Source: Anaerolineales bacterium
GTDB taxonomy: Bacteria; Chloroflexota; Anaerolineae; Anaerolineales; E44-bin32
Direction: 5' to 3'
DNA length: 64,000 bases
Assembly (NCBI GenBank): GCA_034417075.1
Contig: DAOULU010000006.1
Span: 74,283 to 138,282, forward strand
Within the stretch, counting starts at the first letter, position 1; every line of letters starts with the position of its first letter. The notes beneath the pieces are model-generated. The model saw only the letters and a list, made by a program, of their open reading frames with translations. It was not told the origin of the DNA and did not search any database. The position numbers and the translations under genes were made by a program. Shown here piece after piece: positions 36,126 to 46,440 of this stretch.

Positions 36126-38000
36126 TCAATGCAGCGTACAGCCGTTCGTCGTGGTCACCGTGATCGAATAGGACGTGGCTTTGGCTGGTCCGGAAAATTC
36201 GAATTGGATCCTGGCTACCGTTCCGGCCGGAACGCTGACAGAGACAGAAACCGAAGACGGCGAGTCAGGATCATTAACCGCATTGTTACTGGCACCCACT
36301 TTAATGAACGTCAATTCATTCGTATCCCCCGGCCACGATAAGGCAACGTAGTTGATCGTCACACTGCTGCCGCTGTTGTTGTTGAAATTCCAGGTAACTT
36401 TTTTCGGCAGAACTGCTTTACCGCTTAAACTGAGGCTGGCACACACGTCCTCCGTGGCCGTCGGGGTTTTCGTCGGCGGTGGCTGCGTCGCCGTCGGGGT
36501 GTTCGTCGGCGGCGGCGTCGCCGTCGCTGTCAACGTCAGTGTTAAGGTTGGTGTTGGCGTGCTCGTCGGTCCTGCTGTGTGGGTTGATGTGGGTGTCGAG
36601 CCCGGAGGCGGGGTCGAGGCTGAGGTCTGGGTCCTGGTAGGTGTAGCACTGGGCACCGCAGGTCCTCCACCCGAAGAGGAGGTCGAGGTCAGTGTCGCCG
36701 TTGTCGTCAGATCCGCGGTTGCGGTCTCCGTGAGCAAGTCTCCGGTTCCCGCATCTGTCCCTGTTGCTTCACCACTCGCGACCGGCGTAACGCTGGCCTG
36801 TGCCGTCAGGGTGGCGTCCAACATGGCGCGGATTTCCTCCTCCGACAAAGCCTCTCCTTCGATCGCCACCATCTCCGTGGCAAACGCATTCAACGTCGCT
36901 TGAACGTCAACCGTCTCCGCAGCAGCAACGGCCACCCCTCTGTCTCCGCCAAACAGATCTGGAAAAAACGAGTTGGCTCCAATAATCGACAGTGGACAGA
37001 GAAGTAGGGCCAACACAGCAACCACCAGGACAACCCGCCGGCGATACCACGGTTGTTCTTCTCCCTCCCGGTCACCAGGGATTGGGGACTTATCGCCCAC
37101 ACGAACCGTGGCTTCTATGGGAATGTGAAAAGCTTCGGTCGGGATTTCATCGGTGATTCCACTGCGAATGCGCGCGACCGCCTCCTTGATGGCTTGATGG
37201 AAGGCTTGGTTGAATTCGCTGATCGTTGGATAGCGCTTGCTCGGGTCCTTGGAGAGCGCCTTGATTAATACGCGTTCAATCGGTTCAGGAAGATTGGGAT
37301 TGAGGTAGCGCGGCCGGGGCAGCGGCTCCGTGGCATGCTTCAACGCGACGGCGATGGGGGTCTCCGCATCGAAAGGCAGGTAACCGGTGCTCATGCGGTA
37401 CAGCACCACACCGAGTGCATATTGATCCGAAAGCGGGGTTACTTCCCCTTCCTGGAGCTGCTCGGGTGCCATGTATGCCGGCGTGCCGATGACCGCCGAT
37501 CCCGTGAGACTCACCGAAGCTTCGTCGACGTGGGCGAATCCAAAATCCGAGAGAAAACAGTTGCCCTCGTCATCGAGCAGGATATTGGAAGGCTTCACAT
37601 CCCGATGCACCACGCCCTTATCGTGTGCATATTGCAGCGCCGAACAAACCTGATCGACAATCCGCATCGCCTCTTTCACGTTCATCGGCTTCTTCTGGAT
37701 ACGGAGATGCAGACCACCGTATGTCATAAACGGCATCACGAAGAACAGAAGGCCATTGACTTCGCCGTAATCGATGACCGGGATGATATTGGGATGATCG
37801 AGATCGCTGAGGACTTTTGCTTCGCGGATGAAGCGCGACTTGAATTTATCGTCCAGATTTAGATGGGGCGCGAGGATTTTCACCGCGACGGTACGATCGT
37901 TGACAATGTCGTGCGCCTTGTAGACGTTCGACATGCCGCCGCGACCGGCTTTTTCGATAAGATGGTAATTCCCGAAGGTAATACCTTCTAGGTCAGGCAT
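36126..38000 (-). CDS. Ser/Thr protein kinase with TM helix, Thr/Pro-rich linker and C-terminal extracellular domain
   Basis: Kinase motifs GRGGMSNVYKA, HRDVKPSN, DFGFA and GTPAYMAPE. One TM helix (VVLVVAVLALLLCPLSIIG). A long TPTxT repeat linker follows. Confidence 0.9.
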   Translation of the reverse strand: MPDLEGITFGNYHLIEKAGRGGMSNVYKAHDIVNDRTVAVKILAPHLNLDDKFKSRFIREAKVLSDLDHPNIIPVIDYGEVNGLLFFVMPFMTYGGLHLRIQKKPMNVKEAMRIVDQVCSALQYAHDKGVVHRDVKPSNILLDDEGNCFLSDFGFAHVDEASVSLTGSAVIGTPAYMAPEQLQEGEVTPLSDQYALGVVLYRMSTGYLPFDAETPIAVALKHATEPLPRPRYLNPNLPEPIERVLIKALSKDPSKRYPTISEFNQAFHQAIKEAVARIRSGITDEIPTEAFHIPIEATVRVGDKSPIPGDREGEEQPWYRRRVVLVVAVLALLLCPLSIIGANSFFPDLFGGDRGVAVAAAETVDVQATLNAFATEMVAIEGEALSEEEIRAMLDATLTAQASVTPVASGEATGTDAGTGDLLTETATADLTTTATLTSTSSSGGGPAVPSATPTRTQTSASTPPPGSTPTSTHTAGPTSTPTPTLTLTLTATATPPPTNTPTATQPPPTKTPTATEDVCASLSLSGKAVLPKKVTWNFNNNSGSSVTINYVALSWPGDTNELTFIKVGASNNAVNDPDSPSSVSVSVSVPAGTVARIQFEFSGPAKATSYSITVTTTNGCTLH

Positions 38001-38396
38001 TTATTGATTCCCACCCGCATTCACTCCACCCGGGTTGCGCGATACCCGGGAAAACGATGTTCAATCCAACAGCAAATTGTGGATCGGCATATAAGCGCTG
38101 AAGCATTCTCTGGCCGATCCACCTCCCCTGGCGTCTTGCATGCCATCTACCGAGGATGCTACCTCGAGCATCGGCAGGATTCTGATCGAGATCCTATCAC
38201 TCGCACTCGACGGTTTCGTTGCCTGCCGTTAGATTCCCATAATGAAGATTATCCCAGAGAGTGGCAAATTTGTGGATGGGAATGTGGCACCATATCTTAG
38301 CACAAATGAAAGTTCGGCTTCAATCCAGATTGAACGTGGACACCACGAATAATAGCTCGATTTTCAATACTTCGGGACGTGCGGGGAGCGAATCAG

Positions 38397-40151
38397 TCAA
38401 TCCGGGTCAGGCGGAGGCCAGGGGACGAAATCGCGCAAAATTGAACCGCCAATGAATTCCCGAATCATGGAATTGTCGGGAATGAGATTGCTGTCGATCG
38501 GTAAAAACCAATCCAGAAAAGCCAACAATCGTTTCGCCTCAACATGTTCGTCCGTACCGAAGGAAACTTGGCGCAAGAGAGGTTCTGCCAGAGAGGCCAA
38601 TACGCCACCTTCGTATACCAGAGCCGAGTTGAACATCACATCTGCGTTTTCCTGATACGGAAAGATGTACTTCCTTTCCCCGCGTCGTACCGATTCCCAG
38701 CGGCGGATGGTTTCCTGCGCCGAATACCCACGTTGTGCGGCATCGCGCACGATGCGGCGAATCAGGCGCGTATCGGTGGTCGAGACCCGGTTGAAGCGGT
38801 CTAGGTTCAACTGTGTCAACGCAGAGACATAGATGCGAAAAGTTGTTGCGCCGGGGATCTCAGGCAGCAACTCCGGATTGAGACCATGAATGCCTTCGAG
38901 GATTATGATCTGATCCGGGGCCAGTTGAACGATCTCCCCCTCGGTTTGTTTACCCTGGAGAAAATCGTAGCTCGGGAGGCGTACTTCCTCCCCGGCGATC
39001 ATGCGTTTGATATCCTGGTTTAGGCGGGCAAGATCCAACACTTGAAGCGATTCGTAATCGTATTCCCCGTATTCATCCAAGGGGGTCTTTTCGCGGTCGA
39101 TGAAATAGTTATCCAGACCGATCGGGTACGGTGCAAGACCGCGCGCCAGCAGCTGGATCGAGAGACGTTTTGAAAAAGTCGTTTTTCCGGACGAAGATGG
39201 GCCAGCGATGAGCACGACACGCATTCGATCTCGGCGCTGCGCGATCAAGGCGGCAATCTCTGCGATCCGCCTCTCGTGGAGCGCCTCAGAAACGAGCACA
39301 ATTTCTCGCGCCCTACCGGCGCTGATCGCCTCGTTCAATGCGCCCACATCCGGAACACCGATGGTTTCGATCCAATTTCCGTACTGTAAAAAAGTCTCGA
39401 GCAGGATGCGGAATTCCGGCACGGGTTGCAATTCGGTAGGTCTGTGCCGTCTTGGAAATCTCAGTGTGAATCCCTCACCTGCAGCTTGCAGCGCGAACCA
39501 GCGCAGGTAGCCGGTCGAAGGAACCATGTAGCCATGATGGTAATCCCGGAAATTGTCGAGCTGGTATACCACCAACTCGGGCTTTTTACGATGCTTCAAC
39601 AAGCGTTCCTTGTCTTTATAGCCTCGCTTGCTGAAGTACTCGATCGCGGTCCTGAGCGGAAGACGACTCTTGACGAATGGCAAATCCCGATCAACCAATT
39701 CCTGCATCCGCGCTTGTAATTGTGCGAGTTCATCCCCGCTCAAAGCCGATCGACCGTTCACTTCACAGAAGTATCCACCGGAAGCGATAGAGTGATCGAC
39801 GGTAAGTTCGGCGTCCGGGAAAAGTTCCTCGAACGTGGCCGCCAACAGAAAGGTCAGAGAACGGCGATAGATTCGCATCCCGTCGGCCGTAGCCATGGTA
39901 ATTGGACGCACCTTGGCGTCCATTTCGATGGAATAGGTCAATTCACGCAGTTCTCCGTTCACGATGCCGCCCACGATGGGAGCATGTGGTGATTCGACAA
40001 CCTGTAGGAAATCGACCAACCGGCTGCCTCTTGCACCTTCGAGAACGCGCTCGTCGGGAAGTTGAATTTGAACCGTAGCTCGCGGTTGTGTCTCACGAAT
40101 TTTCTGATTGGATTCTGCTGCCATACCGACACGGCCTCCACGAAACTTCAT
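38397..40151 (-). CDS. uridine-kinase/PRK-family nucleoside kinase with N-terminal TGS/ThrRS-like extension
   Basis: P-loop IAGPSSSGKTT and PRK-family core (LDNYF...YDFESLQ-like). The about 270-aa N-terminal region resembles the ThrRS N-terminal TGS and editing-like fold. The start may be at 40127. Confidence 0.75.
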   Translation of the reverse strand: MKFRGGRVGMAAESNQKIRETQPRATVQIQLPDERVLEGARGSRLVDFLQVVESPHAPIVGGIVNGELRELTYSIEMDAKVRPITMATADGMRIYRRSLTFLLAATFEELFPDAELTVDHSIASGGYFCEVNGRSALSGDELAQLQARMQELVDRDLPFVKSRLPLRTAIEYFSKRGYKDKERLLKHRKKPELVVYQLDNFRDYHHGYMVPSTGYLRWFALQAAGEGFTLRFPRRHRPTELQPVPEFRILLETFLQYGNWIETIGVPDVGALNEAISAGRAREIVLVSEALHERRIAEIAALIAQRRDRMRVVLIAGPSSSGKTTFSKRLSIQLLARGLAPYPIGLDNYFIDREKTPLDEYGEYDYESLQVLDLARLNQDIKRMIAGEEVRLPSYDFLQGKQTEGEIVQLAPDQIIILEGIHGLNPELLPEIPGATTFRIYVSALTQLNLDRFNRVSTTDTRLIRRIVRDAAQRGYSAQETIRRWESVRRGERKYIFPYQENADVMFNSALVYEGGVLASLAEPLLRQVSFGTDEHVEAKRLLAFLDWFLPIDSNLIPDNSMIREFIGGSILRDFVPWPPPDPD

Positions 40152-40480
40152 TCTACCCTATTTTTTATTCACGCATTTACCTGAGCACAAGAGATCCTGT
40201 ATTGGATCGTAGCATTAGGTGAAAAAAACGTTCAGAATCTATTGAGTCCTCTGATGTAGACTTTAACCATCTTCAGAAACTAGGCCCCGGATGCAAGGGG
40301 ACCCGGGGCAATTGTTTTCCTTATCTTCGGAGCGATTGAACCTGACCTTCAATCGCTTCGATCTGTTAATTCCGATCTTGAACGATTCGAAGGACTCTGC
40401 CAGGAATGCTCAAAAACGAGCGAGGGTTCAAGCTTCAGACGATAGAGTTAATTCCAGCACCAATCCCAAGCCAGCTGATT

Positions 40481-41941
40481 TCACTCATCTACTGGCCAGC
40501 AACAGAATACCAGCTGCTTCGCTGCTCTGACCTCGTCCATGCGCCCAAAGGGTGTCTCATGCGGTGCAGTGGTCAAGATCTCGGGATCCTCCCGCGCCTC
40601 GCGAGCGATCTGCCGCATCGCCTCCACAAAGGCATCCAGGGTCTGTTTGCTTTCGGTTTCGGTGGGCTCGATCATCAGCGCTTCCGGCACAATGAGCGGG
40701 AAATAATTCGTCGGTGGGTGAAAGCCGAAGTCCATCAAACGTTTTGATACGTCGAGCGCGTGCACTTCAGGGGCATCATCCCATTGTCCCTCCGCCACGA
40801 ATTCGTGCATGCAAATCCGATCATAGGGAACGCGGTACGTATTCTGCAGTTTCACGCGCAGATAGTTGGCGTTCAAAACGGCATGGTCGGCGATGTCCCG
40901 CAACCCCTTGTTGCCTTGCATGCGCATGTACGCGTAGGCGCGCACCAGGACTCCGAAGTGGCCATGGAAGAGTTTCATCCTGCCGACGCTCTTTGCCGGT
41001 TCCACAAGGCCGTACAACGGAGGTACACTTTCATCCCCCACCTCGACAATATCGACGACGGGGCTCGGTAGGAAATCCGCGAGATGAGCGGCAACACCAA
41101 CCGGTCCCGCTCCAGGACCGCCGCCGCCATGCGGAGTTGAAAACGTTTTGTGCAGGTTGTAATGCAGGATGTCAAAACCCAGATCGCCGGGACGCACTAC
41201 GCCCAACAGCGCATTCATGTTCGCACCATCTCCGTACACCAACCCGCCGCAATCGTGGATCTGTTGAATCACTTCCGTCACGTGTTCCTCAAACAAGCCC
41301 AGCGTGTTCGGATTGGTCAGCATCAAACCGGCGACCGTATCGCCACAAAAACTCCGTAAGGCCTCGAGATCGATGTTGCCGCGCGGATCGGAGGGGACTT
41401 CTATCACTTCCATGCCGCTCATCGCAATCGAGGCGGGATTGGTCCCGTGGGCGGAATCCGGCACCAGAATACGCTTACGTTTCACGTCGCCGCGATCTTC
41501 GTGGTAGGCACGGATGATGAGGATGCCGGTGAGTTCGCCTTGGGCGCCAGCGGCCGGCTGCAAGCTGACGGCGCGGAACCCGCCGATCTCCATCAGCCAT
41601 TGCTGCACGGCGTACATCAAAGCCAAGTTGCCTTGCAGCAGCGCCGTATCCTGAAGCGGATGGGTCAGCGCGAAACCCGGCAGCCGGGCGACGTCCTCGT
41701 TGATCTTGGGATTGTATTTCATCGTGCACGATCCGAGTGGGTAAAAACCTATATCCACGCCGTGGTTGAGTTGCGACAGGCGTGTGAAGTGGCGCACGAC
41801 GTCGATCTCGGACAGTTCCGGCAGGGGTAATTCTTCACGCGCAAGGGATTCGGGAATTTCGGCACTCCCAACGTCCGACTCGGGCATTTCGATCGCCGTT
41901 CGACCGGAAGATGAAAGCTCATAAATCAGAGGCTCAGTCAT
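40481..41941 (-). CDS. gcvPB: glycine dehydrogenase (aminomethyl-transferring) subunit 2
   Basis: 486 aa with full-length colinearity to GcvPB, including the PLP-Lys region NLHKTFSTPHGGGGPG. Confidence 0.95.
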   Translation of the reverse strand: MTEPLIYELSSSGRTAIEMPESDVGSAEIPESLAREELPLPELSEIDVVRHFTRLSQLNHGVDIGFYPLGSCTMKYNPKINEDVARLPGFALTHPLQDTALLQGNLALMYAVQQWLMEIGGFRAVSLQPAAGAQGELTGILIIRAYHEDRGDVKRKRILVPDSAHGTNPASIAMSGMEVIEVPSDPRGNIDLEALRSFCGDTVAGLMLTNPNTLGLFEEHVTEVIQQIHDCGGLVYGDGANMNALLGVVRPGDLGFDILHYNLHKTFSTPHGGGGPGAGPVGVAAHLADFLPSPVVDIVEVGDESVPPLYGLVEPAKSVGRMKLFHGHFGVLVRAYAYMRMQGNKGLRDIADHAVLNANYLRVKLQNTYRVPYDRICMHEFVAEGQWDDAPEVHALDVSKRLMDFGFHPPTNYFPLIVPEALMIEPTETESKQTLDAFVEAMRQIAREAREDPEILTTAPHETPFGRMDEVRAAKQLVFCCWPVDE

Positions 41942-43277
41942 GCTTCACCGCCTTCAGCGCGGCGACCAATTCTTCGATTTCCGCTTCGCTGTTCATTTCC
42001 GTCACGGCGATCAACATATGATTTTCCAACTCCGGGTAGTCCTGCCCCAGATCGTAGCCTCCGATGATGTCCTGCTCGAGCAATCTATCGTTGATCGTCT
42101 TCACATCCCGTGGACATTCGATTACGAATTCGTGGAAGAAATCCCCCGTGTGCCACAAACGATATCCAGCCAGAGCGTCGATCTTTTTCGCTGCGGCGTG
42201 CGCTTTGTGGAAACACAATTCCGCGACGCTGCGCAATCCGCGCTTACCCATCAGAGAGAGATAAACCGTTGCGGCTAATGCCATAAGACCCTGGTTGGTG
42301 CAGATGTTGGAAGTGGCCTTTTCGCGACGGATGTGCTGTTCGCGCGGCGCCAGGGTTAAAACGTAACCTCGCTGGCTGCGGCTATCGACGGTCTCCCCAA
42401 CAAGGCGGCCTGCCATCTTGCGCACGTATCTTTCGCGGGTGGTGAATATTCCCAATGAGGGACCCCCGAAGGAAAGTGGGATACCCAGCGGTTGGCCGTC
42501 TCCAACCACGATGTCGGCGCCGAATTCACCCGGAGGTTTGAGCAATCCCAACGAAAGCGGATTGACCACCACGCAGAACAACGCACCGACCTCGTGGGCC
42601 GCCTCGCCCAGCGCTGTCCAATCTTGAATGCGGCCGAAGAAATCCGGATACTGAACAGCCACCAGTGCGGTGCTCTCATCCAGCATCTCGATTAGCGTTT
42701 GCGCATCGTTTTCGATGGCTTCGTCGCTGACGAGGGTCAAACCCATACCGCGTGTATATGTGCGAACGACCTGGCGATACTGCGGATGGATCGCCGCAGA
42801 ATGGACCACTTTCTTTCGCTTTCCATGATGGACGTTGAGCGCCATGATGACTGCCTCCGCGAATGCCGTGGCACCATCGTAATGGGAGGCGTTCGAAACC
42901 TGCATGCCCGTCAGGTTGACCATCAGACTTTGATATTCGAAAATGGTTTGCAGCGTGCCTTGGGAAATTTCTGGCTGATAGGGCGTATACGCCGTATAAA
43001 ACTCGTTCCTGCGCAGGATTTCATCTACCGCTGCAGGGATGAAATGGTTGTACGCCCCAGCGCCGAGGAAGCAAGCGACATGACGCATGTTGAGGTTGAC
43101 TTCCGCCAACGATTGCAACTCGGCAGCGATCTCCATCTCCGTAACCGCATCGGGGAGATCAAAATCCGGAAAGCGGACGTTTTCCGGAATGATCTGGTAG
43201 AAATCCTCGAAGCGCTCAATACCGACCGCCTCGAGCATCGCTCGTCGTTCTTCATCTGTATGGGGAATAAACGCCAT
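41934..43277 (-). CDS. gcvPA: glycine dehydrogenase (aminomethyl-transferring) subunit 1
   Basis: 447 aa with the GcvPA N-terminal motifs (FLGAGAYNHFIPAAV, YTPYQPEISQG). It overlaps the gcvPB start by 8 nt. Confidence 0.95.
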   Translation of the reverse strand: MAFIPHTDEERRAMLEAVGIERFEDFYQIIPENVRFPDFDLPDAVTEMEIAAELQSLAEVNLNMRHVACFLGAGAYNHFIPAAVDEILRRNEFYTAYTPYQPEISQGTLQTIFEYQSLMVNLTGMQVSNASHYDGATAFAEAVIMALNVHHGKRKKVVHSAAIHPQYRQVVRTYTRGMGLTLVSDEAIENDAQTLIEMLDESTALVAVQYPDFFGRIQDWTALGEAAHEVGALFCVVVNPLSLGLLKPPGEFGADIVVGDGQPLGIPLSFGGPSLGIFTTRERYVRKMAGRLVGETVDSRSQRGYVLTLAPREQHIRREKATSNICTNQGLMALAATVYLSLMGKRGLRSVAELCFHKAHAAAKKIDALAGYRLWHTGDFFHEFVIECPRDVKTINDRLLEQDIIGGYDLGQDYPELENHMLIAVTEMNSEAEIEELVAALKAVKHD

Positions 43278-43360
43278 GTACCATGACCTCCTATCGAATC
43301 AGAACATCGAAACGAATCGATGGGATTGATGATGCAGGAAAATTTGATTCCGCTCGATGG

Positions 43361-43753
43361 TCAATGCTCACGATCCTGACAATATTCCTCGTAGGCTTTG
43401 GCATCCATCAGATCTTCGATTTGTGCTGCGTTTTTGATCTCGAGTTGGATCAACCACCCTTCGCCGTACGGGTCGCTGTTAATGATTTCCGGTGCATCGA
43501 CGATTTCCTCGTTGACTTGGGTAACCTTCCCATCAACCGGGAAGTAGATTTCAGCAGCTGCCTTCACAGATTCTACCTCCCCCATTTCATCACCTTGTGA
43601 CAGCTCATCTCCGATCGAAGCCGAAATTTCAAGGAAGACGATGTCAGAAAGTTGCTCCTGGGCGTAGTCCGTGATCCCAATCGTGCCAACGTTATCCTCA
43701 ACGCGAATCCACTCGTCATTTTTCGTGTACTTCAATTCCGCCGGAAAGGTCAT
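43361..43753 (-). CDS. gcvH: glycine cleavage system protein H
   Basis: 130 aa with the lipoyl-lysine motif EVESVKAAAEIYFPVDG and an AAGGAG RBS. Confidence 0.95.
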   Translation of the reverse strand: MTFPAELKYTKNDEWIRVEDNVGTIGITDYAQEQLSDIVFLEISASIGDELSQGDEMGEVESVKAAAEIYFPVDGKVTQVNEEIVDAPEIINSDPYGEGWLIQLEIKNAAQIEDLMDAKAYEEYCQDREH

Positions 43754-43785
43754 CGCAGACTCCTTTTTGCCTCATTAGGTTTCGT

Positions 43786-43832
43786 CGAATATACATAATA
43801 ACAAGGACGCACGCCATGAAGGTGTGCGTCCT
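43786..43832 (-). terminator. riboswitch expression-platform hairpin / candidate intrinsic terminator
   Basis: 9-bp stem AGGACGCAC/GTGCGTCCT followed by TGTTATTATGTATATT on the minus strand. Its 5' arm shares AGG with the 3' strand of aptamer-2 P1. Confidence 0.5.
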
Positions 43833-44010
43833 CTGTCGATAACCTGAGAGATTCACCGCACGAATGCAGTTTGCCCCTTCGGTGTCTTTCGACTTTCCAG
43901 AGGAACGACCGGACAGGGTCCCTTTACCTGAGAGTTTCACCCGGCGTCTGCACGCTTCCGCAGGGCTTGCCCCTTCGGTGTCCGCCCGAGGCGGATCTCT
44001 CCCCTATCCG
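43828..44010 (-). promoter_or_regulatory. tandem glycine riboswitch (two aptamers) in the gcvH-PA-PB leader
   Basis: Minus-strand aptamer 1 reads GGGGAGAGATCCGCCTCGGGCGGACACCGAAGGGGCAAGCCC...AAACTCTCAGGTAAAGGGACC. Aptamer 2 reads CCTCTGGAAAGTCGAAAGACACCGAAGGGGCAAACTGC...AATCTCTCAGGTTATCGACAGAGG. Both carry the conserved GGAGAG/CTCTGG, CACCGAAGGGGCAA and CTCTCAGG cores of the glycine aptamer. Confidence 0.9.
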
Positions 44011-44206
44011 GACTCGTTTTCTGAATCAATTCTACGAATAGCGGTCTGAAAAGTCAAGGAGCACCGCTTTTCGCAACTTACCCTGCTGCCGGCGAGGGAT
44101 ACATATCCGTCGCCAGCAGTAGCTAATGTCTGACAAGCCAGGTTTTCCCCGATCGAATTTCACGCATACAATAGAGTATCGAGACGACATTTTCCGAGGA
44201 GGTCAG

Positions 44207-45226
<1,020 letters not shown>

Positions 45227-45279
45227 AAAACACCCCGCGAGTTCTCCACGCGCAGGGTGTTTCGATTCTCAACAATGCG

Positions 45280-46383
45280 TCACGTGTAATGGCGCGGTAC
45301 ACGCGCGCTCAGGCCGCAAACCACCTCGTAGTTGAACGTATTCCAACGAGATGCAAGCTCTTCGGCTGCGATGTGTTCGGAACCTTGCTCTCCGATCAGG
45401 ACTACTTCGTCACCGATTTCCGCTTCGGGCACCTCATCCAAACGAACCATCAATTGATCCATACATACTCGACCAACGACGGGCACGCGCCGGCCATGTA
45501 TGAGGACGATATTGCCCTCCTCGCGACGGTATCCATCTCCATATCCCACAGGTACGACACCGATCCGCTCGTTTCCTTGCGTGGTATATGCGTGGCCGTA
45601 ACTGATGCCGCTGCCCGGCGGATAAACGTGAATGTGACTCAGGCGTGCGTGCCAGGAAAGCGCCGGACGCATACCTTCGAGCAGCTCCACTTCAAAAGAA
45701 GGTGCCAAGCCATACATGGCGATGCCCACTCGCACCATGTCGAAATTCGCACTCGGCCGCGTGAGCGCCGCTGCAGAATTGGCGGCATGCGCTATCGGCG
45801 GGCGTAACCCGGCCGACTCGATTTCGGCCAACAGATCGGTAAACTTGCGCAACTGCCATTCTGTCGTGGGCGCATAGCGCTCATCGGCACGCGCGAAGTG
45901 GGTGAATATTCCTTCCACCTCGACGTTCTCGATTTTGGACAAGCGCTGCAGCATATCGTATGCGAGTTCAGGCGGCGCACCCAAGCGGCTCATGCCTGTA
46001 TCCACCTTTAAATGGATCTTGGCTGGCCGTGAGTCATTGCGCGCAGCCGCTGCCAACACGTCCAATTGCTGGGGTTGAAAAAACGTCAGGGAGATGTTTT
46101 GCGCGAACGCCTCACCGAAGCGTTCATCCGGCGTGTAGCCCAACACCAGGATTGGAATATCGATTCCCGCCCTGCGCAGTTCGAACGCCTCTTCCACTCG
46201 GGCCACACCACAGTAACGCACGTCTGCTTCAACTGCAGCACGCACGACCTCTGTGATCCCGTGTCCGTATCCGTTCGCTTTAACCACCGCCATCATCGGA
46301 ACGCCGGTTCTTTGATTGATGCATTCGATGTTGCCGATGATCACCTGTCGGTCAATTTCCAACCAGTTGGAATAACCATTCAT
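45280..46383 (-). CDS. alr: alanine racemase
   Basis: 367 aa from the ATG at 46383 (MNGYSNWLEIDR) with the PLP-lysine motif AVVKANGYGHG. The 474-aa track ORF has a spurious N-terminal extension. Confidence 0.92.
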   Translation of the reverse strand: MNGYSNWLEIDRQVIIGNIECINQRTGVPMMAVVKANGYGHGITEVVRAAVEADVRYCGVARVEEAFELRRAGIDIPILVLGYTPDERFGEAFAQNISLTFFQPQQLDVLAAAARNDSRPAKIHLKVDTGMSRLGAPPELAYDMLQRLSKIENVEVEGIFTHFARADERYAPTTEWQLRKFTDLLAEIESAGLRPPIAHAANSAAALTRPSANFDMVRVGIAMYGLAPSFEVELLEGMRPALSWHARLSHIHVYPPGSGISYGHAYTTQGNERIGVVPVGYGDGYRREEGNIVLIHGRRVPVVGRVCMDQLMVRLDEVPEAEIGDEVVLIGEQGSEHIAAEELASRWNTFNYEVVCGLSARVPRHYT

Positions 46384-46440
46384 CAATTTCACGCGTGCGA
46401 GTATAAGCCCAAGACAAGCGGATGACAATGGTTCACAAGC

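Noticed and set aside
36352-36903. A 183-aa Gly/Val-rich plus-strand ORF (VGVFVGGG repeats).
   Set aside because: It is the antisense shadow of the Thr/Pro-rich linker of the kinase gene. It has low complexity and no start context.
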